DNA of 52,971 nt. Source: a virus. Its lineage: Duplodnaviria > Caudoviricetes. Shown here piece by piece: positions 36,359 through 44,933 of this stretch. Each line of letters opens with the position of its first letter. Within the stretch, counting starts at the first letter, position 1. A program made the translations under genes and the position numbers. Below the pieces are notes generated by a model. The model was not told the DNA's origin and made no database searches. It saw only the letters and a program-made list of their open reading frames with translations. The stretch spans positions 1-52,971 of IMG/VR virus record IMGVR_UViG_3300009678_000010; one strand, given 5' to 3'.

Positions 36359-36891
36359 CGTGGACGACACCGCGCACGTGGGTGACAGCGGAACTGATTA
36401 CCGCGTCGATCATGAACACGCACGTCCGCGACAACCTGCTCCATCTGCGCGGCTACGGCGAGCACTCCTGCGTCGCCTTTCACAATGCCACGCAGAACGT
36501 CACCGCAGGCAACACGGACGCGCTCAACCTCAATAGCGAGGACTACGACACCAGCACGATGCACGACACCGTGACGGCCAACAACCAGATCACGGTGCCG
36601 GTCACCGGAAAATATATCTGCGTCGGCTCCAGCTTCGCCGCCAACAACAACAATGGCGGCTGCGAATTGCAACTGCGCGTGAATGGGACGGCTGTTCGAC
36701 GCTCACAGGCGACATCGGAGTCGGCGGACTTCGGCGATAGAACCCTGCACGTCTTCGGCTACTTGTCCTTGACGGCTGGCGACGACGTCGACCTCGCTGG
36801 ACTCGCCGGAGCCAACGACGTCGCGTTCGGGAGTGCCACGGCGGCAATGGCGACGCGGCTCGAGGTCGTCGGGCCGTTCCCGAATCCGTAG
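36355..36891 (+). CDS. minor tail/fibre protein with C1q-like domain
   Basis: MTWTTPRTWVTAELITASIMNTHVRDN; ITVPVTGKY; LTAGDDV. Confidence 0.75.
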   Translation: MTWTTPRTWVTAELITASIMNTHVRDNLLHLRGYGEHSCVAFHNATQNVTAGNTDALNLNSEDYDTSTMHDTVTANNQITVPVTGKYICVGSSFAANNNNGGCELQLRVNGTAVRRSQATSESADFGDRTLHVFGYLSLTAGDDVDLAGLAGANDVAFGSATAAMATRLEVVGPFPNP

Positions 36892-36900
36892 GGAGATTGA

Positions 36901-37380
36901 ATGACATTCGATGTGGCGTGTGACCGGCTGCTCGGGCATGAGGGCGGCTATGTAAACGATCCGAACGATCCAGGCGGCGAAACGAACTGGGGCATCTCGA
37001 AACGGTCCTATCCAGACGTCGACATCAAAGCCCTGACGCGCGCCGGTGCGAAGGATATCTATCGCCGCGACTTCTGGGACCGACTGAAGGCTGACACGCT
37101 GCACGATGGCGTCGCCTTTCAACTGTTCGACTTCGCCGTGAACAGTGGTATTGAGACGGCTGTCCGTTACCTGCAGCGCGCGGTCGGTGTGGCCGATGAT
37201 GGGCACTGGGGGCCGGCGAGTGCAGCAGCGGCAGCGGCGACATCAGAAACCGACACCATCATGAAGCTGGCCGCGGAACGTCTGGACTTCATGACACGGC
37301 TCAAGAACTGGCCAGCGCACGGCAAAGGCTGGGCGCGTCGTATCGCCGCGAATCTGCGCTACGGGGCCGAAGATTCCTAA
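36901..37380 (+). CDS. endolysin, glycoside hydrolase family 108
   Basis: HEGGYVNDPNDPGGETNWGI, LFDFAVNSG, LQRAVGVADDG.WGP, GKGWARR. Confidence 0.93.
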   Translation: MTFDVACDRLLGHEGGYVNDPNDPGGETNWGISKRSYPDVDIKALTRAGAKDIYRRDFWDRLKADTLHDGVAFQLFDFAVNSGIETAVRYLQRAVGVADDGHWGPASAAAAAATSETDTIMKLAAERLDFMTRLKNWPAHGKGWARRIAANLRYGAEDS

Positions 37381-37425
37381 AAAGAGTGTGCAAAGGGCGA
37401 TATTATCCGTGCAACAAACCAGTAA

Positions 37426-37944
37426 ATGAGTGTGCATGCCATGCCAGCGATCGCGCCATACGGCGACTACACTGACGAGGCTATGCCTCCGAAGGTGAGC
37501 GTCGCCGCGGTGATGGGCCGCGTCGAGCGACTGGAGGAGCAGCGGGACGAGGCGTCCGCTCGCCTGAGGGTCGAGCTCGACGAACTGCGCAAGCAGTTTG
37601 CCGCGGTCGTCGCGCGGCCGATGGAGGTCGACAACATCCGATTCCCGCCGCGCATGGTCGCCGCGATCGTGGCCTCGGCGATCACGGTGTTCGGCGGCAT
37701 GTATGCCTCGACCTATGGCCTGCGCTCGGACGTGCGCGACATCCTGACGACACTAGCGAATCAGGAGCGCATCAAGGTCGAGCAGCAGAAACTCGTCGAC
37801 GAGAAGCAACGGCTCGCGGACGAACGCTTTCAATCGTTGCGCGATGCCGTCGGCGTGATCGACAAGCGCCAGCAGTTGCAGCAAATAGAAACGCAGGAAC
37901 TCAAGGAAATGGTTCTGCAAACCAGGAGTCGGACAAATGAGTGA
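37426..37944 (+). CDS. single-TM coiled-coil protein (lysis module, holin-like candidate)
   Basis: TM MVAAIVASAITVFGGMYA followed by coiled coil; start uncertain. Confidence 0.6.
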   Translation: MSVHAMPAIAPYGDYTDEAMPPKVSVAAVMGRVERLEEQRDEASARLRVELDELRKQFAAVVARPMEVDNIRFPPRMVAAIVASAITVFGGMYASTYGLRSDVRDILTTLANQERIKVEQQKLVDEKQRLADERFQSLRDAVGVIDKRQQLQQIETQELKEMVLQTRSRTNE

Positions 37945-38188
37945 CGAGATGGTCATCGAAGGCGCCGAGTGTTGCATTTTGGAAATCTGCTGCGGCAGCG
38001 AAGCGCAGGACAAGTCGCTGTCGGAGAAGATCGAAGCCGGCACGACGCTCAACAAACATCAGGCTTACGAGGCCGCCGAATGGATTCTCGATCACTACGA
38101 CTTGGCGCCGCACGGGTCGCTCGTGCAATTCAAGCGCACGATCGCCAAGCTCGCGCGGACGTATCCAGGGATGCCGGGCTACGAATAG
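37937..38188 (+). CDS. hypothetical protein (CC..CC)
   Basis: AGGAG RBS; overlaps the upstream stop. Confidence 0.6.
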   Translation: MSDEMVIEGAECCILEICCGSEAQDKSLSEKIEAGTTLNKHQAYEAAEWILDHYDLAPHGSLVQFKRTIAKLARTYPGMPGYE

Positions 38189-38197
38189 AGGTGACTG

Positions 38198-38524
38198 GTG
38201 GGTGAACTCGACGCGGGCACGATGAGCGACAAGGCGAGCCCGTGGTGGGTCAAGGCGGGCGTGCAATTCGGAGTGCCGACCCTGCTCTGCGTCGGTCTGG
38301 TCTATTGGATCGTCGGCGATGCCGATCGCAAGCACAACGCGATGCTGGCGGATAGTGTCTTCATTCGCCAGGAAATCACGGCGATGGGCGGGACGATGAA
38401 CGCGCACATTGATTCCACCGGCCACGCGAACGCGGCGATTCTCTACTATCTGCAGCAACTGTGCATTCAAGGGGCGTCCAACGCGGGCACGCCGGCGAAG
38501 GATTGCACCTACAAGGGGCCGTGA
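38198..38524 (+). CDS. single-TM protein with two C-terminal Cys (lysis-associated candidate)
   Basis: QFGVPTLLCVGLVYWIVG TM; LC...DC. Confidence 0.6.
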   Translation: MGELDAGTMSDKASPWWVKAGVQFGVPTLLCVGLVYWIVGDADRKHNAMLADSVFIRQEITAMGGTMNAHIDSTGHANAAILYYLQQLCIQGASNAGTPAKDCTYKGP

Positions 38525-38760
38525 ATGTGGTTGATTGGTGGGCTGTTTGTGGCGGCGATGATCTGCGGGGCTGCTTTGGCCTGGAGCGCGAAACGGCAGA
38601 AGTGATGGGCAATTTCGCTGAGGCCTTGGCGGCCGAAGTGGAGCGGCTCCGGAAGGTGCTCGAGCGCATCCGCGATGTGCCAGGCGCGGACATCGAACGC
38701 GCGAAACTCCTCGCGCGGCAGGCGCTCGAGCAGACCTCAGACCACGAGGCTAGGCCGTGA
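38521..38760 (+). CDS. hypothetical protein
   Basis: GTGA overlap; last rightward gene before the convergence point. Confidence 0.5.
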   Translation: MNVVDWWAVCGGDDLRGCFGLERETAEVMGNFAEALAAEVERLRKVLERIRDVPGADIERAKLLARQALEQTSDHEARP

Positions 38761-39439
38761 TGTCCATATAGGCGGCTATGAACTGCGCCGCAACTTGCGG
38801 GACGATGGCATTGCCGAAGCCAGACATCGCAGCCACGTAATTGGATATCCCATCCGCTTCGCCCAACTGGCCGGGGTCACTGTCACACCTCGACAACCGA
38901 TCCACTTCTGCATTGACGCGCACGCTTGATTGGCGGTGGCTGTTGGTGTGGCCGACAAACCAAATCCGAGAGCGCGCATGGTCGAAGCCGACACCGCAAG
39001 CCGGCAGAACTGCCGCCCCGACTGAGTAGCCCATCGCTTCCACGTCATCGCAGAGGCCATCGAACCAGCTTCGCGCGTGGGAAACTTGCTCGCCAAAGAA
39101 CACGCTAGGGCCGTTTGCAGTGAAGAGGCGCCGCTGCTCCGGCCACATATCAATCGCAACCTGTCGGCCTCGAGCCGCTGCCGAGAACTTCTGGCAGGGG
39201 CATGAGAACGTCCAGCACTCTCGGTCGTCAGGCCATCCAGATAGGCGAAGTGCATAGCTCCATCCGCCGATGCCGGCGAAGAAATGGCACTGGACGAATC
39301 CTCGGATGTCATCAGGTCGAACATCGACGATTGACCGGGTATCGACTTCGCCATCAGCAATCAATCCTGCCTTGATGAGTTCGCGCAACCAAGCCGCGGT
39401 CTTTGGATCGTTCTCGTTGTAGTAGACGCGCACACTCAC
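38750..39439 (-). CDS. DNA (cytosine-5) methyltransferase, alpha-like chain lacking motif IX
   Basis: FFAGIGG (I), SCPCQKFS (IV), GEQV (VI), HARSRIWFVG (VIII), FGNAIVPQVA (X). Confidence 0.85.
   Translation of the reverse strand: MSVRVYYNENDPKTAAWLRELIKAGLIADGEVDTRSIVDVRPDDIRGFVQCHFFAGIGGWSYALRLSGWPDDRECWTFSCPCQKFSAAARGRQVAIDMWPEQRRLFTANGPSVFFGEQVSHARSWFDGLCDDVEAMGYSVGAAVLPACGVGFDHARSRIWFVGHTNSHRQSSVRVNAEVDRLSRCDSDPGQLGEADGISNYVAAMSGFGNAIVPQVAAQFIAAYMDITA
38776..39360 (-). CDS. overprinted out-of-frame ORF, putative beta chain of the C5-methyltransferase
   Basis: 194-aa frame carries TPTA and VTPASWAKRMGYPITW (motif IX-like); true start uncertain. Confidence 0.6.
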   Translation of the reverse strand: MLMAKSIPGQSSMFDLMTSEDSSSAISSPASADGAMHFAYLDGLTTESAGRSHAPARSSRQRLEADRLRLICGRSSGASSLQTALACSLASKFPTREAGSMASAMTWKRWATQSGRQFCRLAVSASTMRALGFGLSATPTATANQACASMQKWIGCRGVTVTPASWAKRMGYPITWLRCLASAMPSSRKLRRSS

Positions 39440-39774
39440 TGCCCTCGGCCGGTTTTCTGCGCATGGTGCCGCGCACATAACCCTTGAAGATTTTCAATAT
39501 CCCAGAAAAGATCAAGGTTCCCGCGATGCGGGATTTTGTGATCCACGTCTGTGCTGGGCGTTGTCGCGCCGTCCTCAAGGCACATGCGGCACAGCGGATC
39601 GCGGAGCAACGTCTGCGCGCGTCTGCCCCACACCGGATGACGCCAGCGCGCCAGATGATACAGGCGGCGCACGGACACGTTCGGCCGGTCGCGGTCCACG
39701 ATGCGCTCGTGGAGGGCACAGTGGCCCTTGTCGACGATGACCGGGCATCCAGGCGTCAAACAGTAACGTCGCAC
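39436..39774 (-). CDS. HK97 gp74-like packaging-associated HNH endonuclease
   Basis: C..PGC..C..H N-terminus; PLCRMC, VDHKIPHRG..LFWD.ENLQGLC..HH..KT. Confidence 0.88.
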   Translation of the reverse strand: MRRYCLTPGCPVIVDKGHCALHERIVDRDRPNVSVRRLYHLARWRHPVWGRRAQTLLRDPLCRMCLEDGATTPSTDVDHKIPHRGNLDLFWDIENLQGLCARHHAQKTGRGQ

Positions 39775-40104
39775 TCATCTCCGCCCTTGCGCATACGTGT
39801 CGAGTTCCTCTTGGAGCCTTGTGAGCATCTCAACTCCGGCGTCTTCGCTGATGTCATCAGTGCCAACACGCTGCATCAACTCCAACATCGCCGCAGCACC
39901 GGTGTAGAATCCGTGCTTCACTGTATCAACGACGTTCGGATCATCGATGTCGATGCCGACGCGAGCAAATCGTTCATTCGCGTAGGTGACCCACATATCG
40001 CGCACCGTTCGACCAGCCAATACAGTTCCGTGGACTCGGTCGAACTGCTGTCTCCGCGACTCGCTGCGCTCACTCGCTCGTCGTTGCTGTCGTGAGTCAG
40101 TCAT
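39775..40104 (-). CDS. hypothetical protein
   Basis: Co-oriented ORF; FYTGAAAM helix. Confidence 0.6.
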   Translation of the reverse strand: MTDSRQQRRASERSESRRQQFDRVHGTVLAGRTVRDMWVTYANERFARVGIDIDDPNVVDTVKHGFYTGAAAMLELMQRVGTDDISEDAGVEMLTRLQEELDTYAQGRR

Positions 40105-40276
40105 TGGACTTGACCGGCTTAAATGATCCCTTAGAGAACTTCACTTTAGGCGGCGGCATGAAACGCGGGCGCGGGCCGTCTTCACCTTCAACGATCAATG
40201 CGATGTCTGACGGTGGCACGCCATCGCGCCGTGCGTCCTCGAATGACTCGTATGTTCGACCTGTTCTGATGTCCAT
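40097..40276 (-). CDS. 59-aa hypothetical protein (not in ORF track)
   Basis: MDIRTGRTYESFEDARRDGVPPSDIA...; GGAG RBS. Confidence 0.55.
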   Translation of the reverse strand: MDIRTGRTYESFEDARRDGVPPSDIALIVEGEDGPRPRFMPPPKVKFSKGSFKPVKSND

Positions 40277-40335
40277 GTCTTCTCTCCGCTCTCAATGAAA
40301 GTCAGGGACCGGCGACCCGGCCCCTGCGTTTGTGC

Positions 40336-40893
40336 CTAGTCCTCTGCCGGGCACGGCTCAGGCACGATTGACAGCGACGCGACCTCGTCGCACTCTGACG
40401 GCTCCTCGGGCTTCACCGGCGGCACCTCTTCGATGTCCGGCATCGCGCTCTCGCCGACGTTCTTGATGACCTCCACCGACCACAGACTGCCCGGGCAGTT
40501 GCCGCGCAGCCGGAAGTGATAGATGCCGCGCAGAAGATAGCGCACCGGCTGCTGGCCGTTCTCGCGCGCGTCCATGCCGCTGAACGTCGCCGGCAGCATC
40601 GTATTGACTTCACGCTTGCGCGTCTCCAACACGTAGCTGTTCGTTGCGCCCGTGCGCCGGAAGTCGAACAGGACCGGATAGAGGCCGGAGGCCGTCGGGT
40701 TCTCGACGTTGATCCTAATCTGCGTCGGCGCGTCGCCCGGGCAACTGTTCGGCGTCAGCGGCGGCATGTCAACGATGGAGCTCGTGGTGCCGCCGGTGGC
40801 CAGGTCGCTCGGGCCTGCCGGGTTGCCGTTGCCGCACGCGATGGTGAACGCCGCGAGTGCCGCGGCCAGTAGGGGGAATGTCATTCTCGTCAT
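40336..40893 (-). CDS. putative lipoprotein with FN3-like beta domain
   Basis: Signal MTRMTFPLLAAALAAFTIA-C; GIYHFRLRGNC..WS. Confidence 0.7.
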   Translation of the reverse strand: MTRMTFPLLAAALAAFTIACGNGNPAGPSDLATGGTTSSIVDMPPLTPNSCPGDAPTQIRINVENPTASGLYPVLFDFRRTGATNSYVLETRKREVNTMLPATFSGMDARENGQQPVRYLLRGIYHFRLRGNCPGSLWSVEVIKNVGESAMPDIEEVPPVKPEEPSECDEVASLSIVPEPCPAED

Positions 40894-40923
40894 TTCGTGT
40901 CTATCCGTTCTCCGTTGTGCCGT

Positions 40924-41133
40924 TTACGTTGTGGGCGACCGTCGCCCGTCTAGAGATTTATCGTTCGCGTTAGGCTTGGTCGCAATCGTCCAATGCACTG
41001 CCTCGAAGAATCGATCTTCAATCAATGGATACCGGAGGCTGGCGAATTTGATTAGCGTCAACTCGCACTCTTCCGGCGTGAACAGCCCGAACGCCTTGAG
41101 AGCCATCGCGAACGCTTCCTGATCCTTAATCAT
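40924..41133 (-). CDS. hypothetical protein
   Basis: Overlaps the upstream stop. Confidence 0.5.
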   Translation of the reverse strand: MIKDQEAFAMALKAFGLFTPEECELTLIKFASLRYPLIEDRFFEAVHWTIATKPNANDKSLDGRRSPTT

Positions 41134-41533
41134 TGAAGCACCGCTCCAGATACGCGAACGTTTGCACGGACTCCAGTTGCTCTGGAATCACGTGCACGAT
41201 GCGCCAGCCGAGCGCGGCGGCATGGCTCCACTTCTCGAAGTCAATTCGCTGAAAAGCGCCGCGCGAATGTGCGCCCTGCACGAACGTGCCGCCGTGAATC
41301 TCGAGCGCGACCTTCTCAAGCGGCCATGCCCAATCCATCCTCCACTTCCGCGTCGGATGAAACGCGAACTCCGGCACCGGCTCGGGCAGGCCAGCGAGCG
41401 CGCACAGACGGCCGAACGTGACACCGGAGGACTTCGCAGTGGACGCGCGCCGTGTCTTAGCCTTCGTTGTCGCGGCGTCCACGCGATGCGTTGGCAGTCC
41501 TGTGTAGCCTTCCCAGCCTTGGTATCGGCTCAC
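41126..41533 (-). CDS. PD-(D/E)xK (DUF559/Vsr-like) endonuclease
   Basis: PEFAFHPTRKWRMDWAWP..KVALEIHGG..H..D.EK..AAALGWRIV. Confidence 0.8.
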   Translation of the reverse strand: MSRYQGWEGYTGLPTHRVDAATTKAKTRRASTAKSSGVTFGRLCALAGLPEPVPEFAFHPTRKWRMDWAWPLEKVALEIHGGTFVQGAHSRGAFQRIDFEKWSHAAALGWRIVHVIPEQLESVQTFAYLERCFND

Positions 41534-41727
41534 TTCTCTGTCTCCTGCACGCGACCAATCGCGCGTCGAACCGTCGCGAGGTCGGCATCCGTGACCCACC
41601 CGAATCCATCCGCGAGCGTCGGTTCAGCGCCTCTGTGGAACTGGAAGAAGCGTTGCGCGCCAAAGCGCACATGCCAGTAACCAGACTCCAGCAATGTGAC
41701 GCTGCACGCCCCATGTTCGCTGTTCAC
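41530..41727 (-). CDS. hypothetical protein bracketed by a 22-bp direct repeat
   Basis: GTG start within the repeat; ends VQETEK. Confidence 0.6.
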   Translation of the reverse strand: MNSEHGACSVTLLESGYWHVRFGAQRFFQFHRGAEPTLADGFGWVTDADLATVRRAIGRVQETEK

Positions 41728-41745
41728 TTCTCTGTCTCCTGCACG
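41530..41745. repeat. 22-bp direct repeat CGTGCAGGAGACAGAGAAGTGA (minus strand) at 41530-41551 and 41724-41745
   Basis: Exact match; contains an SD, a stop and an overlapping GTG start. Confidence 0.85.
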
Positions 41746-42191
41746 GGCTGTGTGAGCCGAGCGATCTCCAGAATGTATTTCGCGACACTCGGCACGAACC
41801 GAGCCGGGCGTGTGCGCTGCCCACCCTGCGCCAAGGCGTATTCCGCATCAGCGACCAACTGCGCCAGCGCCGCCCTGAGCCGCTCGATCTCCTGCTGCTG
41901 CGATACGAACAGGCCCCGGCACGCCTCACAGATGTGGTACATCGGGTCCGCGGCCTGACCGCACGCCTCGCAATGAACTGGCCTTGAAAGCCGGAGGTCG
42001 TCGATCTCCTGCTGCTGCTCCTGCTCTCGCGCGAGGAAGGGCTGGAGATCCTTGGCGCAGTCACGCAACCCAGCGACTTCATCCTCCCAAAACGCCTTCA
42101 CCACATGGCGGCCCTCACAGGCCACCTCGATCGCATTAGCCTCGGCTCTCCACCGGGCTTGGAGTCCCTCTAGCGACAGAGGATCAGGCAT
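41724..42191 (-). CDS. hypothetical protein with CEAC x2 zinc-finger-like motif
   Basis: ATG 42191; QQQEI duplicated around CEAC...CEAC. Confidence 0.6.
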   Translation of the reverse strand: MPDPLSLEGLQARWRAEANAIEVACEGRHVVKAFWEDEVAGLRDCAKDLQPFLAREQEQQQEIDDLRLSRPVHCEACGQAADPMYHICEACRGLFVSQQQEIERLRAALAQLVADAEYALAQGGQRTRPARFVPSVAKYILEIARLTQPVQETEK

Positions 42192-42193
42192 GG

Positions 42194-44440
42194 CTACACG
42201 TCCAGCAACGACAACTGATTGTCCGCCGCCGCGAGAAACTGCACTGCCTGCTCGAAGTAAGAACTCTTTAATTCCACACCGAGGAACTTGCGATGCATCT
42301 GCATCGCCGTGACGCCTTCGCTGCCGATGCCCATGAACGGCGACAGAATCACGTCGCCAGGATTGCTCCATAGCGTCAACGCGCGCTCGATCACGTCCAA
42401 TTGAAGAGGGCACAAGTGCCGCTCGTCCTTGTCCTCGCGCGCCGCGTCCACGTTCAGCGTCCGCGTCTGGCGCACCGTCATCCAGACCGGCGAGGCCCAT
42501 TCCTGCCACTGATCGAGCGAGAACTCGGCTGGAGTGTGCGCGATCGGCTCCGCGTTCTCGCCATCGCGGCGGAAGACGAGCAAGTAGTCAGCCATGCCGG
42601 CGCGGCTGCGGCTGCTGTCCTTCTGCAGTTGCTTGTAGAGCAGCCCGAGCGCCTTCGTGCGCGTCATCTCGACGACTGGTGACTTCCAGATCGTGATCCG
42701 CGCGTGCAACGTCCAGCCGGCATCCTCGTGCGCGCGGATGATGTCGCCGCTCAGATCCTTGATGCCGATGACGCCATCCTTCCACTTCTGCAGCGGCAAG
42801 TCGGAACAGTGGACGGCAGACAAGCGGCCCGGCTTGGTGACGCGCGCCAGTTCGCGCAGCAGATAGCCGTAGTGCTCGAGGAACTCGCCATCGTTCGCCG
42901 CGTTACCCATGTCGGCGGCCGAGTCGCTGTAGACGAACAGGTTGCTGAACGGCGGCGAGTAGACCGACAGGCCGACGCAGGCGTCCGGCAGTTGAGAGAT
43001 GACCGAGACGCAGTCACCGTGGATTGCGCTGTAGCCGTGGCCCTGCTGAGAGTCGATGCAACGGACTTCGGCGTGGCCAATCCAGTCCTTCACTTGAACA
43101 AGTCGCTGCGGTTCATACGTCACTCGTCGCTCCTTCTCCGCGCCAATCGCCCGCGACATCGCCGCGCGCATCTCGGCCTTCAGTTCCGCATGGTCGTCGG
43201 CCTTACGGTCGATGACGCGCCCGATGGTATCTTCGCCTTCCGCGACCACGAGATGCACGTGCACCGGCCGCGCCTGCCCGAAGCGCCAGCAACGCCGCAC
43301 GGCCTGATACCAGGCTTCATAGCTGAACGTGCGGCCGACGAACGCGACCCGCGCGCAGTGCTGCCAGTTTAGGCCCCAGCCGCACACGGATGGCTTACTT
43401 ATCAGGTGACGCTTCGTGCCGTCGGCAAACGCCGCGAGCGCCGCTTCCTTGCGCTCGATCGGATGACTGCCGCGGACTTCGACGGCACTCGGCATCATCG
43501 CGGCCAGTGCGTCGGCCTCGTAGTCGGTATCGCACCAGATGACCCACGGCTCGTCAGGCTCGGCGTTGACCAGCGCCGCGACAACCGCGGCACGGGCCGC
43601 AATCGTCTGACGCTTGACGTCGTGCATCTCGGTCGCACTGACCGCGCCGCCAAACAGGCCGCCACCGATCGGCGCGTCTGGTTCATGCGCGCGATGCCGC
43701 GTGATATCCAATGGCGGCAAGTCAAATCCTGAGATGTCATCGCCTAGGTCGCGCGGGTGCTCGGCCATCCGTGCCCACGACGCCATCCAGTCGAAGAACG
43801 GCGTCACGGCATGGCCCTTCAGCCTCCACGTGCCCGTGTCGCCGCTATCGTTGATGAAGAATCGCACGAGCATCTCGGATCGCGTGAGCACGTTCAGGAA
43901 GCTGGCATGCTGCGCGAGCTCGGTATGGTCGTTCGGCGCCGGCGTCGCGGTCGCGGCCGTCTTGAACCGCTGGCCGGCGAACGTGTCAATGAGCGCCTGA
44001 GACATCTTGCCCGTGAAGTTCTTGAGGATGCTGGCCTCATCGAGCGCCACCGCGCCGAACGCCTGCGGATCGAGCAAGTGCAGGCGATCGTAGTTGCACA
44101 CATTGATCCCATCGCCCGCGTCATCCTGGCTGCGCAGCACGCGCACGGGATACCCGAAGCGCCGGCCTTCGGCTTCAATCTGGCGCGCGACCGCCAGAGG
44201 CGTCAGGATCAGCGTGCGGCCGTTCGTCGCCTGTGCCGCGTGGATGCCCCATTCGAGCTCGCAGATCGTCTTGCCTAAGCCCGTATCCAAGAACAGACCG
44301 AACGATCCAGCGCGCAAGCCGAAGCGCACGCATTCGGCCTGAAAAGGAAACAGATGCGCAGAGATCGGCGGCGCGTCAGGCAGGCCACGGAGCGGCGCGG
44401 TCAACGCCTTCGCCGCGAGGAATTCTGCGTAAGTGCTCAT
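42194..44440 (-). CDS. SF2 (SNF2-like) helicase fused to an N4-C/N6-A DNA methyltransferase
   Basis: DTGLGKT, LDEAS, TATPAPND, GLNWQ, QAVRRCWRFGQ; then YSPPF, HLCPLQ, SPFMGIGSEG, GVELK. Confidence 0.9.
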   Translation of the reverse strand: MSTYAEFLAAKALTAPLRGLPDAPPISAHLFPFQAECVRFGLRAGSFGLFLDTGLGKTICELEWGIHAAQATNGRTLILTPLAVARQIEAEGRRFGYPVRVLRSQDDAGDGINVCNYDRLHLLDPQAFGAVALDEASILKNFTGKMSQALIDTFAGQRFKTAATATPAPNDHTELAQHASFLNVLTRSEMLVRFFINDSGDTGTWRLKGHAVTPFFDWMASWARMAEHPRDLGDDISGFDLPPLDITRHRAHEPDAPIGGGLFGGAVSATEMHDVKRQTIAARAAVVAALVNAEPDEPWVIWCDTDYEADALAAMMPSAVEVRGSHPIERKEAALAAFADGTKRHLISKPSVCGWGLNWQHCARVAFVGRTFSYEAWYQAVRRCWRFGQARPVHVHLVVAEGEDTIGRVIDRKADDHAELKAEMRAAMSRAIGAEKERRVTYEPQRLVQVKDWIGHAEVRCIDSQQGHGYSAIHGDCVSVISQLPDACVGLSVYSPPFSNLFVYSDSAADMGNAANDGEFLEHYGYLLRELARVTKPGRLSAVHCSDLPLQKWKDGVIGIKDLSGDIIRAHEDAGWTLHARITIWKSPVVEMTRTKALGLLYKQLQKDSSRSRAGMADYLLVFRRDGENAEPIAHTPAEFSLDQWQEWASPVWMTVRQTRTLNVDAAREDKDERHLCPLQLDVIERALTLWSNPGDVILSPFMGIGSEGVTAMQMHRKFLGVELKSSYFEQAVQFLAAADNQLSLLDV

Positions 44441-44865
44441 GCGTCTCCCAATGTTTCAGCGTGCGGCACGTGCTCAATCGGTGCAGTGTCCGGCAGCGTG
44501 CGCCAGTCCGGCCACGTGCGCGACTGATTCTTCAGTTGCTTGGCAGCGATGGCGCGCACGATGTCGTCCGGTGAATGACCCGCTCGCCATGCGCCGTCGA
44601 AGGCGAGCAGCATCACGTCTACCCACTCAGTCAGGTCTGTCGGTGCACGCTCAATCTCGACGAGTTCTTTCCGGATGTGCGTCACGACGCCGATAGTTCG
44701 TGGACCTGGCCCGAATGTTCTCTGCGACCATGACCGCTGCTGATGTAAGTGCAATTCGAGATCAAACACAGGCGCTCCAATCTGTCGCTCGTCGTAGCTG
44801 CGTGGGTCGTAGGGAGCCGTGCCGAGCACGCGCCCGCGGCTGTCGCGTCGGACTTCGTAGCTCAT
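44437..44865 (-). CDS. dATP/dGTP pyrophosphohydrolase-like protein (DUF550)
   Basis: WSQRTFGP..HIRKELVEI..EWVDV..DGAWRAG..KN.SRTWPDW. Confidence 0.85.
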   Translation of the reverse strand: MSYEVRRDSRGRVLGTAPYDPRSYDERQIGAPVFDLELHLHQQRSWSQRTFGPGPRTIGVVTHIRKELVEIERAPTDLTEWVDVMLLAFDGAWRAGHSPDDIVRAIAAKQLKNQSRTWPDWRTLPDTAPIEHVPHAETLGDA

Positions 44866-44933
44866 AGCAGCAACAGTCCCGCGCCGAGCAGCACAAGGCC
44901 GAGCGCGGCGAGCCAGTCGTTACGGTTTGGCAT
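44862..44933 (-). CDS. 23-aa hydrophobic peptide (not in ORF track)
   Basis: MPNRNDWLAALGLVLLGAGLLLL; stop overlaps the DUF550 ATG. Confidence 0.4.
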   Translation of the reverse strand: MPNRNDWLAALGLVLLGAGLLLL

